Shown here: positions 25,735 through 39,896 of the stretch, piece after piece
Layout: every line of letters begins with the position of its first letter
Position numbering within the stretch: position 1 is the first letter of the stretch
Origin: Octopus bimaculoides
Lineage: Eukaryota
NCBI RefSeq assembly: GCF_001194135.2
Contig: NC_068985.1
Span: 70,330,839 to 70,383,509 of the forward strand
DNA: 52,671 nt
Reading direction: 5' to 3'
Translations under genes and position numbers: made by a program
Notes under the pieces: model-generated
What the model was told of the DNA's origin: nothing
Seen by the model: the letters and a program-made list of their open reading frames with translations, nothing else
The model's database searches: none

Positions 25735-28700
25735 CGTCCTTGCTTACTTTTCTGGCGTCCTGTTAATACTTTGCATGTACCACGTCCGCGCGTTGTTGTT
25801 TTTTCTTGTTTTTTTTCCCCCGTTTTTTTTTTGTGGGGGGTAATTGTGTGTATATATATATAAAGAACTGTAAAGCCATAAATTAGCTGAAAAAGTAGAA
25901 CAGACGACGAAACCTCACAAAGAGACGAGACACCGCACCTCACACGACAAATGTGCATTTTACTAAAGGGATAAAATACTGCTATTAATAGCGTTTTGAT
26001 AGCGCTTATGAGACAGCTAACATAATGGTTGCGCAATTATGTGACATCTAGCTTGTCGATTTTAGTATTTGATCAGTACTGTACCTATGATCCGACCATC
26101 TCTGCTCTGGGCATCCGTTTCTTATGACGGAGCATTCCAGATTTCTATTTACCACATTGCTAATCGAATGGTAGATATATCTACCTGCATAAAATATTTG
26201 TCATTCAGAAGTTATGTTACTTGTAAAAGAAATTTAATATAGCATTACCACTGCCTTAATATGTGAGTTATATCATCTACATTATTTATTCAAGGAAAGT
26301 GTAATGCATTTAGATATTGGAGATAAGCGTGCTGAATACAGACATGATGTATCACTAGCGACGAGATATGCTATAAACATGTCAGTCGACCCTCTAATGA
26401 GGGCACGCTGTTTTATAATTTACCAACTATGATGTATAAACTATTATTTATGAACGTGAGCAATTTGAAGAAGATTTGGCAGTTATATTGAGCAACTGGA
26501 AGATTCTCTCTCCAGCTGATTTGAGTGTTATTGCATAATTAGTGATGATGGGTTGCTGTGGATGAAGCTTGTAACAGCAGCTTGTACTGATGCTGTTAAT
26601 GCTGTTTAGTAATGAAGAATATAGGAGAGATGGCAATAATGTTGCTTGTTGGTGCAAATTGTTGTTACTCTTGTTGCCATTGATGTGGTTGAGATGGATT
26701 AATGGTAGAGCGATATATAAATTTTTATTTGGTTATGGTAGTTCTGATATGGTGATAAACGTGATGAAAGAAATATATTCGGACGGCGTTACTTATAATT
26801 AGTTGTATTTGTGTGAAGTGTGGATGTTAATGATTACTGTCATGTTAATTGTAATGTAAAAATGTGAACCCTTCCGAAGTCCCGAGTGGATTGGAATGGT
26901 TAATGATTAACTCTGGATTTATCAAGGTAAAGTGTTGTGAGACAATTCCTCACTTGGAAAGAATGCCGGTATATCGCCACTAACATTCACAGATAATTTG
27001 GTACACATTCCCCGTTGAGTGGTAAGTAAAATGAGGACATGTAGGAAATTTGAACAGGCAACCTTAGCTTTCTTGTCTCTGCTGATGTACAATTAGAAGT
27101 CGGACAAGCTTCATATTCGCTGATATCAATCGATTCCAGAGCTGGTTTTCACTCAGCATTTCATCTTAACACACAGAAACTATGTCCCTCTAATTGCCGT
27201 TGAGCCTCTATAAGCCGAAAGGTAATATTTATCTCCCACTTAAGCATGGATTTTCAGTTAGAACAAACTATATACCACGGTAGATATCATGAAAGAAACT
27301 TTTTTATGTTGCTGACTTTTGTAGTTGTTGTTGTTGTTGTTGTTTCTTTTGGTGTTTTTGTTTTTGCTGCAAAATACACTCTATAAGCTATTTACTTAGC
27401 AACTTTTCAAAATTTATTAATAAAAGATAACACCGATAGTTACAACAAATTAAATGCACGTGCATATATTCCGAGTTTTATAACTGATCTAATTTAATTT
27501 ATAAATATATAGATACTCATAATGTTCCATTGTTATAAATGTTTTGGTTATTTCTTCCTTTTCGTTCTATAATTTTGTCAAACGTGAAGCACACGAAATC
27601 GTTTCTCTAAACCAAAGATTTCGAATATGCATTCGCTTTTGTTCTATTGCTAAGGTTATTAAACGAACAAGACCAGAACACGTATTACGACGCTAATTCA
27701 ATAAAGCTAGAAATTTCAGACGAACTATTTTACTAGTATTTAATTTATTGCTCCTGAAAAATCAACGGGAAGACAAGTCCGAGGGGATATACTTGTTAGT
27801 AAATATTTTCGAAAGTTTTTGAACAATACTAATGATTTATACGGATGGTAAGTATTGCATATAATCAACCCAGTATTAAATACTGCAAAAGCAAAACCGG
27901 AACCTTTACGTGGCCACTCGACCTGCAAGTAGCAACTAAATTCCCTAGATTTACGCTTTGCTGTCACATTAGATAATGTGTTCATGGGTGTAGTGTGGCT
28001 AGGAAAAGACTTCTAGTTACGTCTGAAATACCGTGGATTGTGTGCCTACTCAATCAGAAACGACATAGCGATAGACAACAAATAACAAGAATAATAGTAA
28101 AAAGCCTAAAGGGAACTAGAAATAGCTGTTGAATTTCTGACCTTCCACGCTAGGGATACTGAAAAATAATGGGGGTTGGGCATGGCAGCATTTCCTTTAA
28201 ATTGTGGTAAATTCCGAGGTGATTGGCACTATGCATTTTTCAGGTTCGGGGTACAGTCGAGTAGACAGAACTAAGTATTTGAGTGGTACCATAATTTGTC
28301 GTACACGAATGAATATTCCTGTTGGCTTACGCAAAAATTGAATGCAGAAAGAAATGAGATACCAGGAATCATCTTTGTCCAATATTTCAAAGATTGTACT
28401 TATAGCACTCAACTGTAATTGGAACAAAGTGAACTATTTTGTTGCTTGTTGGTCAAAGAAATATTTTTCTTTCTTTTTTTTAAAATTTTATCATGCAACA
28501 TTGTAAACCAACAATCTCTACGNNNNNNNNNNNNNNNNNNNNNNNNNNNNNNNNNNNNNNNNNNNNNNNNNNNNNNNNNNNNNNNNNNNNNNNNNNNNNN
28601 NNNNNNNNNNNNNNNNNNNNNNNNNNNNNNNNNNNNNNNNNNNNNNNNNNNNNNNNNNNNNNNNNNNNNNNNNNNNNNNNNNNNNNNNNNNNNNNNNNNN

Positions 28701-29027
28701 NNNNNNNNNNNNNNNNNNNNNNNNNNNNNNNNNNNNNNNNNNNNNNNNNNNNNNNNNNNNNNNNNNNNNNNNNNNNNNNNNNNNNNNNNNNNNNNNNNNN
28801 NNNNNNNNNNNNNNNNNNNNNNNNNNNNNNNNNNNNNNNNNNNNNNNNNNNNNNNNNNNNNNNNNNNNNNNNNNNNNNNNNNNNNNNNNNNNNNNNNNNN
28901 NNNNNNNNNNNNNNNNNNNNNNNNNNNNNNNNNNNNNNNNNNNNNNNNNNNNNNNNNNNNNNNNNNNNNNNNNNNNNNNNNNNNNNNNNNNNNNNNNNNN
29001 NNNNNNNNNNNNNNNNNNNNNNNNNNN

Positions 29028-29070
<43 letters not shown>

Positions 29071-30139
29071 ATAGTGTATACACATGCACATATTTATACA
29101 GACACATACATACACGGAGATGGACACATATATATATATATACATGTATGCATGTATGTGCACATTAGCTTTGTTTACACTTTCATCTGTTTACTTATTC
29201 ATACGGACATTTCTGTGTTTATTTTGTTGCTTGTGTTTCATATTTTTGTAATCGTTCATCGTATTTTGTTTTCTTTTGTATTATTATGTCAGCTGATTTT
29301 AATTAATTATGATTAAGCCCTGTACACTGCCATACTGAGGAAATCAATTAATAATTTGCATGGCTTGGAGAAGCAATATTACATTAACAAGCATGAAAAC
29401 TTAATAACACTAATATTTCAACAGTTGACTAATACAGTTATCGTGCGACGATAATGAACTAATTGTTATTGTGACTAATTACAGTTGATATTATGAGTCA
29501 GTCCATCGCAGAGCAGTGATATCCGCGAGGGAATATAAAATAAAATAAAAATAAAATGTATAGATGAGGTGGGAATAGACGTTTAGAAGTTTCATCTCTT
29601 CCTCTTGTTATAGCTATTGTCAATATTGTCAGTATCGTCGCTGTTGTTGTTATCATTGTTATTAATAACGTTGCCTTAATGTTATCGCGGAGCTGTTGTT
29701 GCTTTTAATGTTTATCTAATTGCTGCTGTTAAACAGTGTGGGGGTGAATTGGCAAAAACACTACGGCAGCTCACTATGATTTTCTTTTCTTTTTATCTCC
29801 ATTTATTTATTTCATTATTTATTTTCGTACTTCTACCTTCTGCGTTCCAATCCTTCTGGCTTTCATTTAGAATTTGCATTCTTCTGGAGCCTGTAAAGAT
29901 AACAGTAGAGCAATGCGTGTCAATTCAATCCGCGATAGTGCAGCCTTTGCCTTATGAATCTGGTGCCCTCTCAAGTCACGACGAAATCAACATGACTACA
30001 TGTGAATATCAAAAGCGAATGATGTAGCGTTAGTATTCGTCTTTGATTTCGCTGATGTTGCATATGTCAACAGGCATTAACGTCACAACAGCTCTTTGTA
30101 CGCACAAACTCACACACACACACATATATCTATGTATGA

Positions 30140-30540
30140 ATCTTTTATCTTTTAATCATTGACTTGCTTCGGTCACTGGACAGCGGCCATGCTGGGGTAG
30201 CTCCTTGAAAGGCTTAGTCGAACAAATCGACTACAGGACATTTTTAAGCGAGGCACTTATTTTATTGGACGTTTTGACGAAGCGCTGGTTACATATACGT
30301 AAACAAACAAACACTGGTTGCCAAGCAGTGGTAGGGACAAACAAGCGCACACAAACGCACACATACACTCACAAATGTATCTATTGGACGGGCTTGTTTC
30401 TGATGCCAAATCTACTCACTAGGCTTTGGTCGACCTGGGTATATATTACAAGACACTTGCCAGCAGTACCACGCAGTGGGTCTAAACCCAGAACTATATG
30501 GTTGAGAATCAATCTTCCTTCCACTCAACCACAACTTGCC
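30140..30540 (-). mobile_element. Diverged SINE, head D family
   Basis: GCGGCCATGCTGGGG...AGTCGAACAAATCGAC...CAAGACACTTGCC...CCACGCAGTGGG aligns with the 7286 copy. Confidence 0.8.
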
Positions 30541-31557
30541 AGTGATTCTGTGGATATACTGTAACATACATATTCGTCAAATACGCATTGAGAAAATAAG
30601 TACAAGCCTGTAAGATAATTGCAGTTGTGTACGTACACGGCTAAACCTTTGAAGCCTGAACCCTCTCAATTTATGTGCATTATTATAATTTCAATAATTA
30701 CCTTATTACTGTTGTGATAAATAAGCATATTTTAGCATGATAGTAACTAAAATAAGACTTGAGCAGTGACGTTTCTCACATGCATTATTGGTAGAATTGT
30801 TTTCGCTGGCACAGTGAAACTTTAATATTTTCCTTTTTCATGCATTATGACTTATAATATGTAAGTGATGAAAGACTGGAACATTAATTATAAAATGAAT
30901 TACATGCATGGAAAATAAATATAATATTTGAATAATGTAATACAATATAGGATAAATCAATTAAAAAGCATCTTATACACAGGAATTTAAAATAAAATGC
31001 TTTCGTGCATTAGGACATATCTGATTGATGACTGGAAACTGAAGCATCAAGATTGTTCACGAAAATCATTTAAAAATCGAGAGAGTCTCCTTGTTTTTTT
31101 ATGCCGTAAAACAATACAATTTGAAACTCAATTCGAATGGATTGAATTATAAAGATAAGCGAAATCACTCTAGAACGGAAATAAACTATTCTTCGAAAAT
31201 AGCCAAAATTATATAATTGCATGTAAAAGAAAATGTCGAAGCATTAATATTTATACATTGAAATTATCTAATTCTCTATATTCTTGTTCCAATATATATA
31301 TATCAAATGATAAAAATTTACACATGAAAAATAACCACTCAAGGCATTACGGGTAAATATCCATTGATGACGCAATAGCTGAACAGGTTACTCAATAAGT
31401 GGGATGTACAATGGCAGAATGGCGTAAATAAAGATGCAGTGACGTAACAGTGACCTCATTCCTTACACTCTTCTATCTAGTCTCCTTGCACTCTCTCTTT
31501 CATTCTTTCATTCATTCTCTCTCTCTCTCTCTCTCTCTCTTTTTATTTTTCTCATTT

Positions 31558-31807
31558 CCCTATTATGACCACCAAACGTCATCAGCACCAAGGCTAAAAA
31601 TAACCTACGCCACTAACACACACACATTACCAAAATTTAAGTCTACTCCAAGATCCACATCAGCCTGTTTACTGCTGTTTGCCACATCGCACGGGCGAAA
31701 CTAGGGAGAGAGGAGAAAAAGAAATGAAGAGATTTTCGAAGCCATTAAAAAAAAACGTAGGTTATTTTTAGCCTTGGTGCTGATGACGTTTGGTGGTCAT
31801 AATAGGG
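31558..31807. repeat. Perfect 52-bp inverted repeat with 146-bp spacer
   Basis: 31558-31609 is the exact reverse complement of 31756-31807. Confidence 0.97.
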
Positions 31808-32620
31808 GATTCCTTGTTGCTAGATTACCCATGTTGAAACAAGATTATAAAATTTGTGGGAAAGACATGTTCAATTATTTCGATTATTGACATGGGCATA
31901 AATTCGTGAACTCGACCATCGCTGGCTTTGAGTTTGTATGTAAAGAAAAATCACTCAATACCAAAGATAACGTTATTCTAACATAATTGCAAGGCCAAAA
32001 ATAAAGAAAACAGTATGTTATATTGACATCAGAACATGACTGCCTCTTATCTGATCAATGACAGAAACATCCAGTAAAAATATTTTTTTCATTTTGTTTC
32101 TTTTACCATGTTTTCTGTATTAATTCCTATCGTACTAAAGGGTTTTGTATTGAGTTCAAATACAGCTAGAATTGCTTTTGCTCTTCGTCATTGCTAATTC
32201 TTCACCAGCGATACAGGGAGTTCGATTCTGTCATTATTCCCGATATTCAACTTCTACTTATAAAAGTTGTAAGCAATTTTTTTGGTTTCGCTTGGAATCC
32301 CAGCGTTTTCTATACAGAATGAGCCTCGATCAAGGTCAATACGTAAAACAAGAAAGCCTGTACACCAAGTATCTCTGTTGTATCACCACCGGCATACAGT
32401 CGATGATGTTTAAAGACTGAATGTGCATAAATCTATCAGGAAAGAAAGAATTTTTTTTTAAATCATACATGATTCCAATTTAACTAAATATTTATATTGG
32501 TCTATTCTATTCTGAAGCCTTATTAATACTTCCGTTAACTGCTTACCTTCTTTTTTATGTAATTTGAATTTCTTTTCCGATTCCTTCCATTCTGACGTGT
32601 TTTTGTCCTATTCCTTAAAA

Positions 32621-32830
32621 GGCGGCGAGCTGGCAGAATCGTTAGCGTGCCGGGCAAAATGCTTATCGGCATTTCGTCTGTCTTTACCTTCTTCATTCAT
32701 ATTGCGCCGAGGTTGAGTTTCATCCTTTCGGGGTCGATAAAACGAGTACCAGTTCAGTACTGGGATGGATTACATCGATTTATCCCCCACCTTCCTCGAA
32801 ACTGCTGGACTTGGACCACAATTTGAAACC
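32621..32830 (+). mobile_element. tRNA-derived SINE, head C + tail Z
   Basis: GGCGGCGAGCTGGCAGAATCGTTAGC...CATCCTTTCGGGGTCGATAAA shared with the 44659 copy; ends ...CACAATTTGAAACC. Confidence 0.85.
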
Positions 32831-35800
32831 AATATATTCTAACCAAACTTCATCTATTCCATCTACTGTAACCAAATATAATTTAATGAAATCTAACTAG
32901 TCTAACTTAAACTACCTTAAATTTATTAGATTGGAGTTGGTTAGCATTCAAAAAGAAAGATTCGGTAGTCTGATGGCTTATATTGTCGTCAAATTTGAAA
33001 TATTTGAAAATTGATGATTTAAAAGATAAAAACCAATGATTTAGTTTGTCTTATTAAACACGTAATGGTGATGACGTCATAGTAGAATATTTTTCTTGTT
33101 TTCAAATTGTCTGAGAAATGAAACAGCCATTTGTGGTATGTCTCTCTTGTGTGTATTAGATATATACTGCTGAAATTTTAAGAAAGTCATTCTATTATTC
33201 TATGGAGCTACACTAAGTTGCTTATATTTAAGCTTGATATTTATATTTTACAGAATATATGATTATATGGTTACATGTCAGTGTTCTGTTTACGGGTAAA
33301 TTGCTGTTACTTATTTTATAAGATGCAGAAAGACAAACACTCAAATTCATATAAGCATTGTTTCGAAAACTCTCAAGAAGTTGTAAAAACTTCTCCTCTT
33401 ACAGAATTAATACCTTCCCCAAAGTGAAATATTTTAAATTTGGATTCGAAACTGCATGACCAAACTGTTTACTTCTTCACCTTCTTGCGACATACCTTAA
33501 TAGGTTTCCTTGTTTTAAAGATTTCTTATGGCTCAATCAAATAGGACATTTATCAAGGCCATCGGATACACTGTAAATCAGCAGGACGAATGCTTGCAAG
33601 AGAGTATATTCTGCTGAAAGTATCCAGAGATCAAGTCGTCGTGTTAAACCGATTGTAGGATTAAATTTATAAGTGAGCATGGCAGGACTATGTGTGGAAA
33701 CAGACGGACATACACTTAGTCGTAACGTAATGTTGTTCCTTAATAAGGCACAAGGCCAGCAATTTCGAGGGACGCATATTAGTCGATACAATGGATAGGA
33801 TACTTCCCGGTATTTGTTTCGGCTCTTCGCTACATGAGTTCAAATTTCGAGGAGATCAATTTTACCATGCATCGCTACGAGGCCGATAAAATCTGTACCA
33901 ATATAGTGTCATGGCGGAAATGTAACAAAGTTTGACCGGAAGCGTCGAGTATTTGTTTCGCACCTTTGCATTCTGAGTTTGAATCCTGCTGTAGCTTAGC
34001 TTACATGGCTTGTAGATTTAACTCGTCTCCCGATTTAATACTGTCTCCTGATGACTCTGGGTTCTTTAGAAAAGTTCATCCTACAGTAAGCATTTGAGCA
34101 ATGTCTCCAGTTTAAGAATGCACTTTTCTTTCCTTCCCTACTAGTCTCAGAAGCCCTACAAAGACTCACATTCATTGTCTTTCCTATGACTAAACATTTT
34201 AAAGAATACAACGTATTGTAAAAGGGATAAGATGTAGGTTCTTCTTTGATGTTACTTCGAAGTCACGGATATCTTCAAGGTTATTCTTTTTGTTGCCTTA
34301 TTTATCATTATTGATGATGCTCCTGCCTTTCATGGGTGTACCTTCCGATGCAACAGGGCAGTTACTCAAGCTGTAGGAATGTTTTCTGTCTAAGGATGTT
34401 CTTTCCTTCTGAGTCTCTTTTCCACTTTGTTGGTGTGGAACAGAGTTTACAGCTATCTCTCTGTTATATACTCACCACCACTGTTTACGGTCATCTGCAT
34501 TATTTTTCCAGCTATCAATTAGTATATTCAACAATGACATAGTCTCCTTGATCACGTTACAGAAGCGTTTTGGGGCGAGGACATTCCGCAATCGCTAATC
34601 ATAGGATTTGTATTGTTATCTAATTTAGCATCATTTTAAACCTTCCAAATGCCGGTGACAAAGATTTGCAATGTCTGTGAGCATTTTCCTGCGTTGATGA
34701 AACTCCCGCTCAAACCTCCGACGCCTAAAAGCAAAAAGGTCTTAGTTCTACAGCTATGAACTTTGTGAATCAAAGATCATAGCTGTATATCTAAGCATCT
34801 TTGCGCAGCGATTGCAGATGGTTATTGCCCAGAGAGTGCACTCGTGAAACAGTCCTACATTACTTCATAGACGACCCCACCTTACCCCACAAAAGGCAAG
34901 ATGTTGCTCCAAAACAAAGATTTGCTAAGATAGAAGCATGAGATTGGTTATATGCGCAAATTTGTTCAAATATCGTTATGCTTCGTGTAGAGACCATAAA
35001 CCCAGCCTCTCATACCGTCAAAAACACTTCGAAAAGTCCATGACTGCAACAAGTAGAACGCAATGTTTCGATAGCCTATTCATGGAACTGTGACGCGAGT
35101 TTATTATTTTACCAGCATCCTCGGAAGAAATTAAGTTTGTAATAAATAATTAGCTAAAACATTAATTCAATGAACGTATTTCTTACTCATATTGTCAGGT
35201 TGTAATTTAGTGGCATTTATCTCGCATTTATGCGCATTAAGTGCAACTCCCATTCAGATCAACAACGCTTTTTATTCATTTTGATATCGATTAGATAAAC
35301 TTAACAGTCTAAATTGGTGGGTTAATGAAGTATGCCTTAGTTCTTTCGCATCTTTGTTTTCTAGTTCTGTTGTGGTAGACTTAACACGTCACACAATTTA
35401 ACACTATCTGGTACTTCGGTTCCCCTAACAGAGTTCACTATTTTTTCTAAGCATTTTAGCCAGATAAGCTGGACGCAACTTATTTCCTTCCTACCATTAG
35501 TATCGGTGGCCCTAAGAAAATAAAAGTCTATGGATGATGTTGATCTCTCTCTCTTTCAATAAACGATTGAAAATATGAGAGGGCATTCAAATCGAAGTTG
35601 TGGAGAGTACTGTTGAAATTTAGCCCGAGTAGCTTTGTCGAACTGATCAAAAGAATGTCTTCCATTATCATCCTGTTTTTCTTATTGCTAATTGAAGCTT
35701 GATCTAGCAGACCTGGGATGAAATCCATTTGAACCATGACGATCTCATTAGGTGAAACAATACTGAATACACTTTTACCTCTTTATTACGATAGGGTGTG

Positions 35801-36680
35801 ATTTGTTGGAGATTTGGCTACTATTATTAACAAGCCGAACCATTATATACTGCTTTGCGTCGGCTCGGACGTGTTCCTGAAATTGGTTGATATAAGTTTC
35901 GATTCAATTGTTTTCGGGGTAAAATCTTGGACAGTGTTTTGTATTTCTCTAAAGTATATATAGGGTTAATGGGTTAAAAAACTTAAGGTTTGCCTCAAGC
36001 CTTGAAACTCATTTAACCAGATACTATCACAGTTCTGACTTGGTAGGGTGACTATCAGTTCTGAGTTTCATTTATCTAAACAGGATACCTATACGCCAAA
36101 AGGCTAAATAAACACCAGCTAGTTAGGGACTTATAAAAGAGAACACAGTTCATAATGTACAATTAAATGCCCTTAAGAAGACCGGGAGATCTTGAATGGA
36201 AATCTTGAATGGAACGTATATCACCAGGGCACTGTTAGATCAGTGCTTATCTTTCGCTAAACTACAACCTCAACGCAATGGCCAGCACGGACATGTTTCG
36301 TTTAATCTATGTGAAATAGCATCCAAACTTCCTTCAAATCATACTTCACATTCTGAAAAACAGGGTTCATTAGATAATATATGCTTACATAACCTCAGAA
36401 AGAGGGAATGATCACGTATGAAATGTGTTTCCATATGGGTTTGCTTAATCACGATTACCCTCTGATTCAACATCAGTAATAATGTGAAGAGGGCTATGGT
36501 AACGCACGTCTCTAAAACCGAGATAAATACCTGCCAAATTAACCGAATACCAGCACATTGCAAAAACGAAGATAAATAAGGAAAAGTAGATGAAATTATT
36601 TCCTTGTTTTTGTACTTGTCTTTATTATTGTTACAGGCGTTGTTTGTGTTGGTGTTATTGTTTTTTTTTCTCTTCTGCTG

Positions 36681-36978
36681 CTCTTCTTCTTCTTCTTCTT
36701 CTTCTTCTTCTTCTTCTTCTTCTTCTTCTTCTTCTTCTTCTTCTCCTTCTTCTTTTTCTTTTTCTTCTTCTCCTTCTTCTTTTTCTTCTTCTTCTTCTCC
36801 TTCTTCTTTTTCTTCTTCTTCTTCTTCTTCTTCTCCTTCTTTTTCTTCTTCTCCTTCTTTCTCTTCTTCTTCTTTTTCTTCTTTTTCTTCTTCTTCTTCT
36901 TCTTCTTCTTCTTTTTCTTCTTCTTCTTCTTCTTCTTCTTCTTCTTCTTCTTCTTCTTCTTCTTCTTCTTCTTCTTCT
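36681..36978. repeat. 298-nt uninterrupted pyrimidine tract, (TTC)n with variants
   Basis: Only C and T on the + strand between the G at 36680 and the G at 36979. Confidence 0.95.
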
Positions 36979-38260
36979 GCTACGTCATGGTATTCGTCGC
37001 CGTCGTCGTCGTCATCATCGTTATCGTCGTAATCATCATCATCATCACCATCGTTATCATCATCATCGTCAGCATCGTCGAAGTCGTCTTCTATGCCAAC
37101 ATTTTCCTCCTATTCAGACGGTCTTATGAACAAAAACCATTTCAGACGTCAAGAAATGTGCCCCTGGCTACCTCATCTAATGTTTTTGATCTATAAGAAG
37201 ATAAAGAGAAATTGGAAGTTCGCAGGCTGCTGTTTATAGTAGAATGAATAAAGATATAGTAGTTCCCTTCCTGGGTGGGAGAGCTTGTATCTCATCAATG
37301 ATAGCTGCAAGACCGGGATAACGAACATTTGTCGTTCGAATTATTGTGCGTTTGAATAATTTAGAATCTAAATCACCCCGAGCTTTCCTATAAAGAAGGC
37401 AAAGTAACAAAGACAATGGCATTAACCCCAAAAAAAGTCGGAAGGAAGTTGACACTGAAAAACTGAATGTAAGTAGCCAATGTCTATGTCATTCCACTAC
37501 GAAACTACCATTTATCGTCCGTAGCGTCTCCTAATGAGTTTTATAGCCAATGAGAGCAGTTACGCCTCTGATTCCTAAGACAAGACATTACTGACTAGAA
37601 TATAATTTGCTCTATGAAGCTACATTTTGAATCATGATATGCATTTTGGGTCTGTGCTCAAATATGTGCTAAGTCTATGAAATCTCCAGAGATTACAAGG
37701 TGCCTTATTCATTTGAAAGGAAAGCTTTCTTTCAGAACTTCTCTTTGGTAGATTATCAGAATCGGAAATATGAGAAATATGTGAACTAAGAGTAAACATT
37801 CGGCATGAGAATGATGTCCTAACACGCACAGCGTTCAACTGATTGGCTAGGGACTTCTATCGATCAAAGTTCTCGTTGTCAATATAGTGTCATTAAAAAC
37901 GTGACTGACTATTACCACGAATTTAATATATGCGTTAACAATATCATGTAATTCAGAATATTACGAATGACACTTTCAAGCCAATTATTATAAAATAACT
38001 TTCTGAAATCGTTGTCCTGAAGTTGCTACGCGTGACGGAGCTGTGTGCCATAAGTTTGAAAATCACGGAGTTTAAAGAGTGGTAATATATTCGTAGATAC
38101 AATATAGGAGGAGAAACTTATAAATCTACCCTCATCAAATAAAGCAGCAGTTCTTTCACTGCTGAATTTTAGCAAACAATTGATATGCAGCATACTTTAG
38201 ATTAACATTGCCACAAACACCATGGCAAAATTGATCCAATAACATTTGGTTATAAGTCAA

Positions 38261-38517
38261 GGGTGACTGTTATGTAGCCTAGTGGTTAGGGTGTTGTTCT
38301 CAGGATTGGAAGAGTGTGGTTTGTATACGGAGTACAGGCAATGTACTGTGTTCTTGAGCAAAACACTTCATTTTATGTTCCTCCCAAATCTACTCAACTC
38401 GCAGAAATGGATAATCCTGCAGCAGACCGGTGTTTTGTCTCAGAAGGGAAAATGTACACAACATAATCCATGAAATCAGCCTTCTGAGCCTATGAATATG
38501 ATACGGGCAAAACTTTG
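38261..38517 (+). mobile_element. Diverged tRNA-derived SINE, head A + tail Y
   Basis: TAGCCTAGTGGTTAGGGTG A-box and GTGTTCTTGAGCAAAACACTT. CTCCCAAATCTACTCAACTCGCAGAAATGG resembles CTCCAGTCTATTCCGCTGAAGAAAATGAG in the 2356 copy. Confidence 0.6.
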
Positions 38518-39459
38518 TTATCTCGAAATCTATTTTAACTGTTTAGATTTATAAAGAAAAGATTTCATCCGGCACATTCCACCTTTTTGTACATCAAGGA
38601 CTACAGTATCTAAAGTTTACGTTTACTATTGTCTTGCAGAAAGGAAAGATACGATTTATGTTGCACATACACCTCCAAAGAACACGCATACATATATACA
38701 CAAAGTCACAGACACACACACACACGTACGTATACGTGTATATCAGAGTGTCTCTCTGTCTGTCTTTCTGTGTGAATACATGTCTGTATGTACGTCCATA
38801 TATGTATGCCTATGTATGTATGTATGCATGTATGTATGCATGTATGTATGCATGCATGTATGTATGTATGTATGTATGCATGTATGTATGTATGTACGTA
38901 TGTATGTATTATGTATATATATAATGCTACGGGTTGATCAATAGTTTTTATATCAATAGTACGTATCAAATGGAATTAAATTCAAAGCCTACCAACACAA
39001 TACCAGATGCTGAAATTTCTGATCCTCAGACACACGAATAATAGTTTCAAATCTTAGTGTCAACTTCATCTATAAGAAATAGACTGGGAGATTAACATTG
39101 ATGTATGAGTATTAGATCAAAGACATAATAACTCATATATATATATATATATATATANNNNNNNNNNNNNNNNNNNNNNNNNNNNNNNNNNNNNNNNNNN
39201 NNNNNNNNNNNNNNNNNNNNNNNNNNNNNNNNNNNNNNNNNNNNNNNNNNNNNNNNNNNNNNNNNNNNNNNNNNNNNNNNNNNNNNNNNNNNNNNNNNNN
39301 NNNNNNNNNNNNNNNNNNNNNNNNNNNNNNNNNNNNNNNNNNNNNNNNNNNNNNNNNNNNNNNNNNNNNNNNNNNNNNNNNNNNNNNNNNNNNNNNNNNN
39401 NNNNNNNNNNNNNNNNNNNNNNNNNNNNNNNNNNNNNNNNNNNNNNNNNNNNNNNNNNN

Positions 39460-39545
<86 letters not shown>

Positions 39546-39863
39546 ACATATATGTACTGTGTGGGTGTAGGTGTGTGGGTGTGAAAGTGCGTGGATGTGT
39601 GTGAGTGTGTGAAAAGAAAAGGATAGATTATTTGATAGTTGCATACATTTAGTTGCGTATATATACGTTCAAGTGAGCACATTCCCTTGCTGTCACAGAG
39701 ACACACTGCACAACAGAACCCCTTCGTATTTATATGCGTTTCTCTGTGTATTTGTATGTGATGAAGTGTATATAAATTGATGTACATATAATATTATATA
39801 CGCACACATATACATAAGCGCTTATACGTATACATACACACATACACAAAGATACACACACAC

Positions 39864-39896
<33 letters not shown>

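Noticed and set aside
26993-27021. 29-nt micro-exon candidate (CACAG...GTG|GTAAGT)
   Set aside because: The pyrimidine tract is weak, the branch-like CTAAC is too close to the AG, and nothing else supports it.
34060-35760. Coding-like minus-strand stretches, possibly decayed transposons
   Set aside because: No diagnostic motif recognised.
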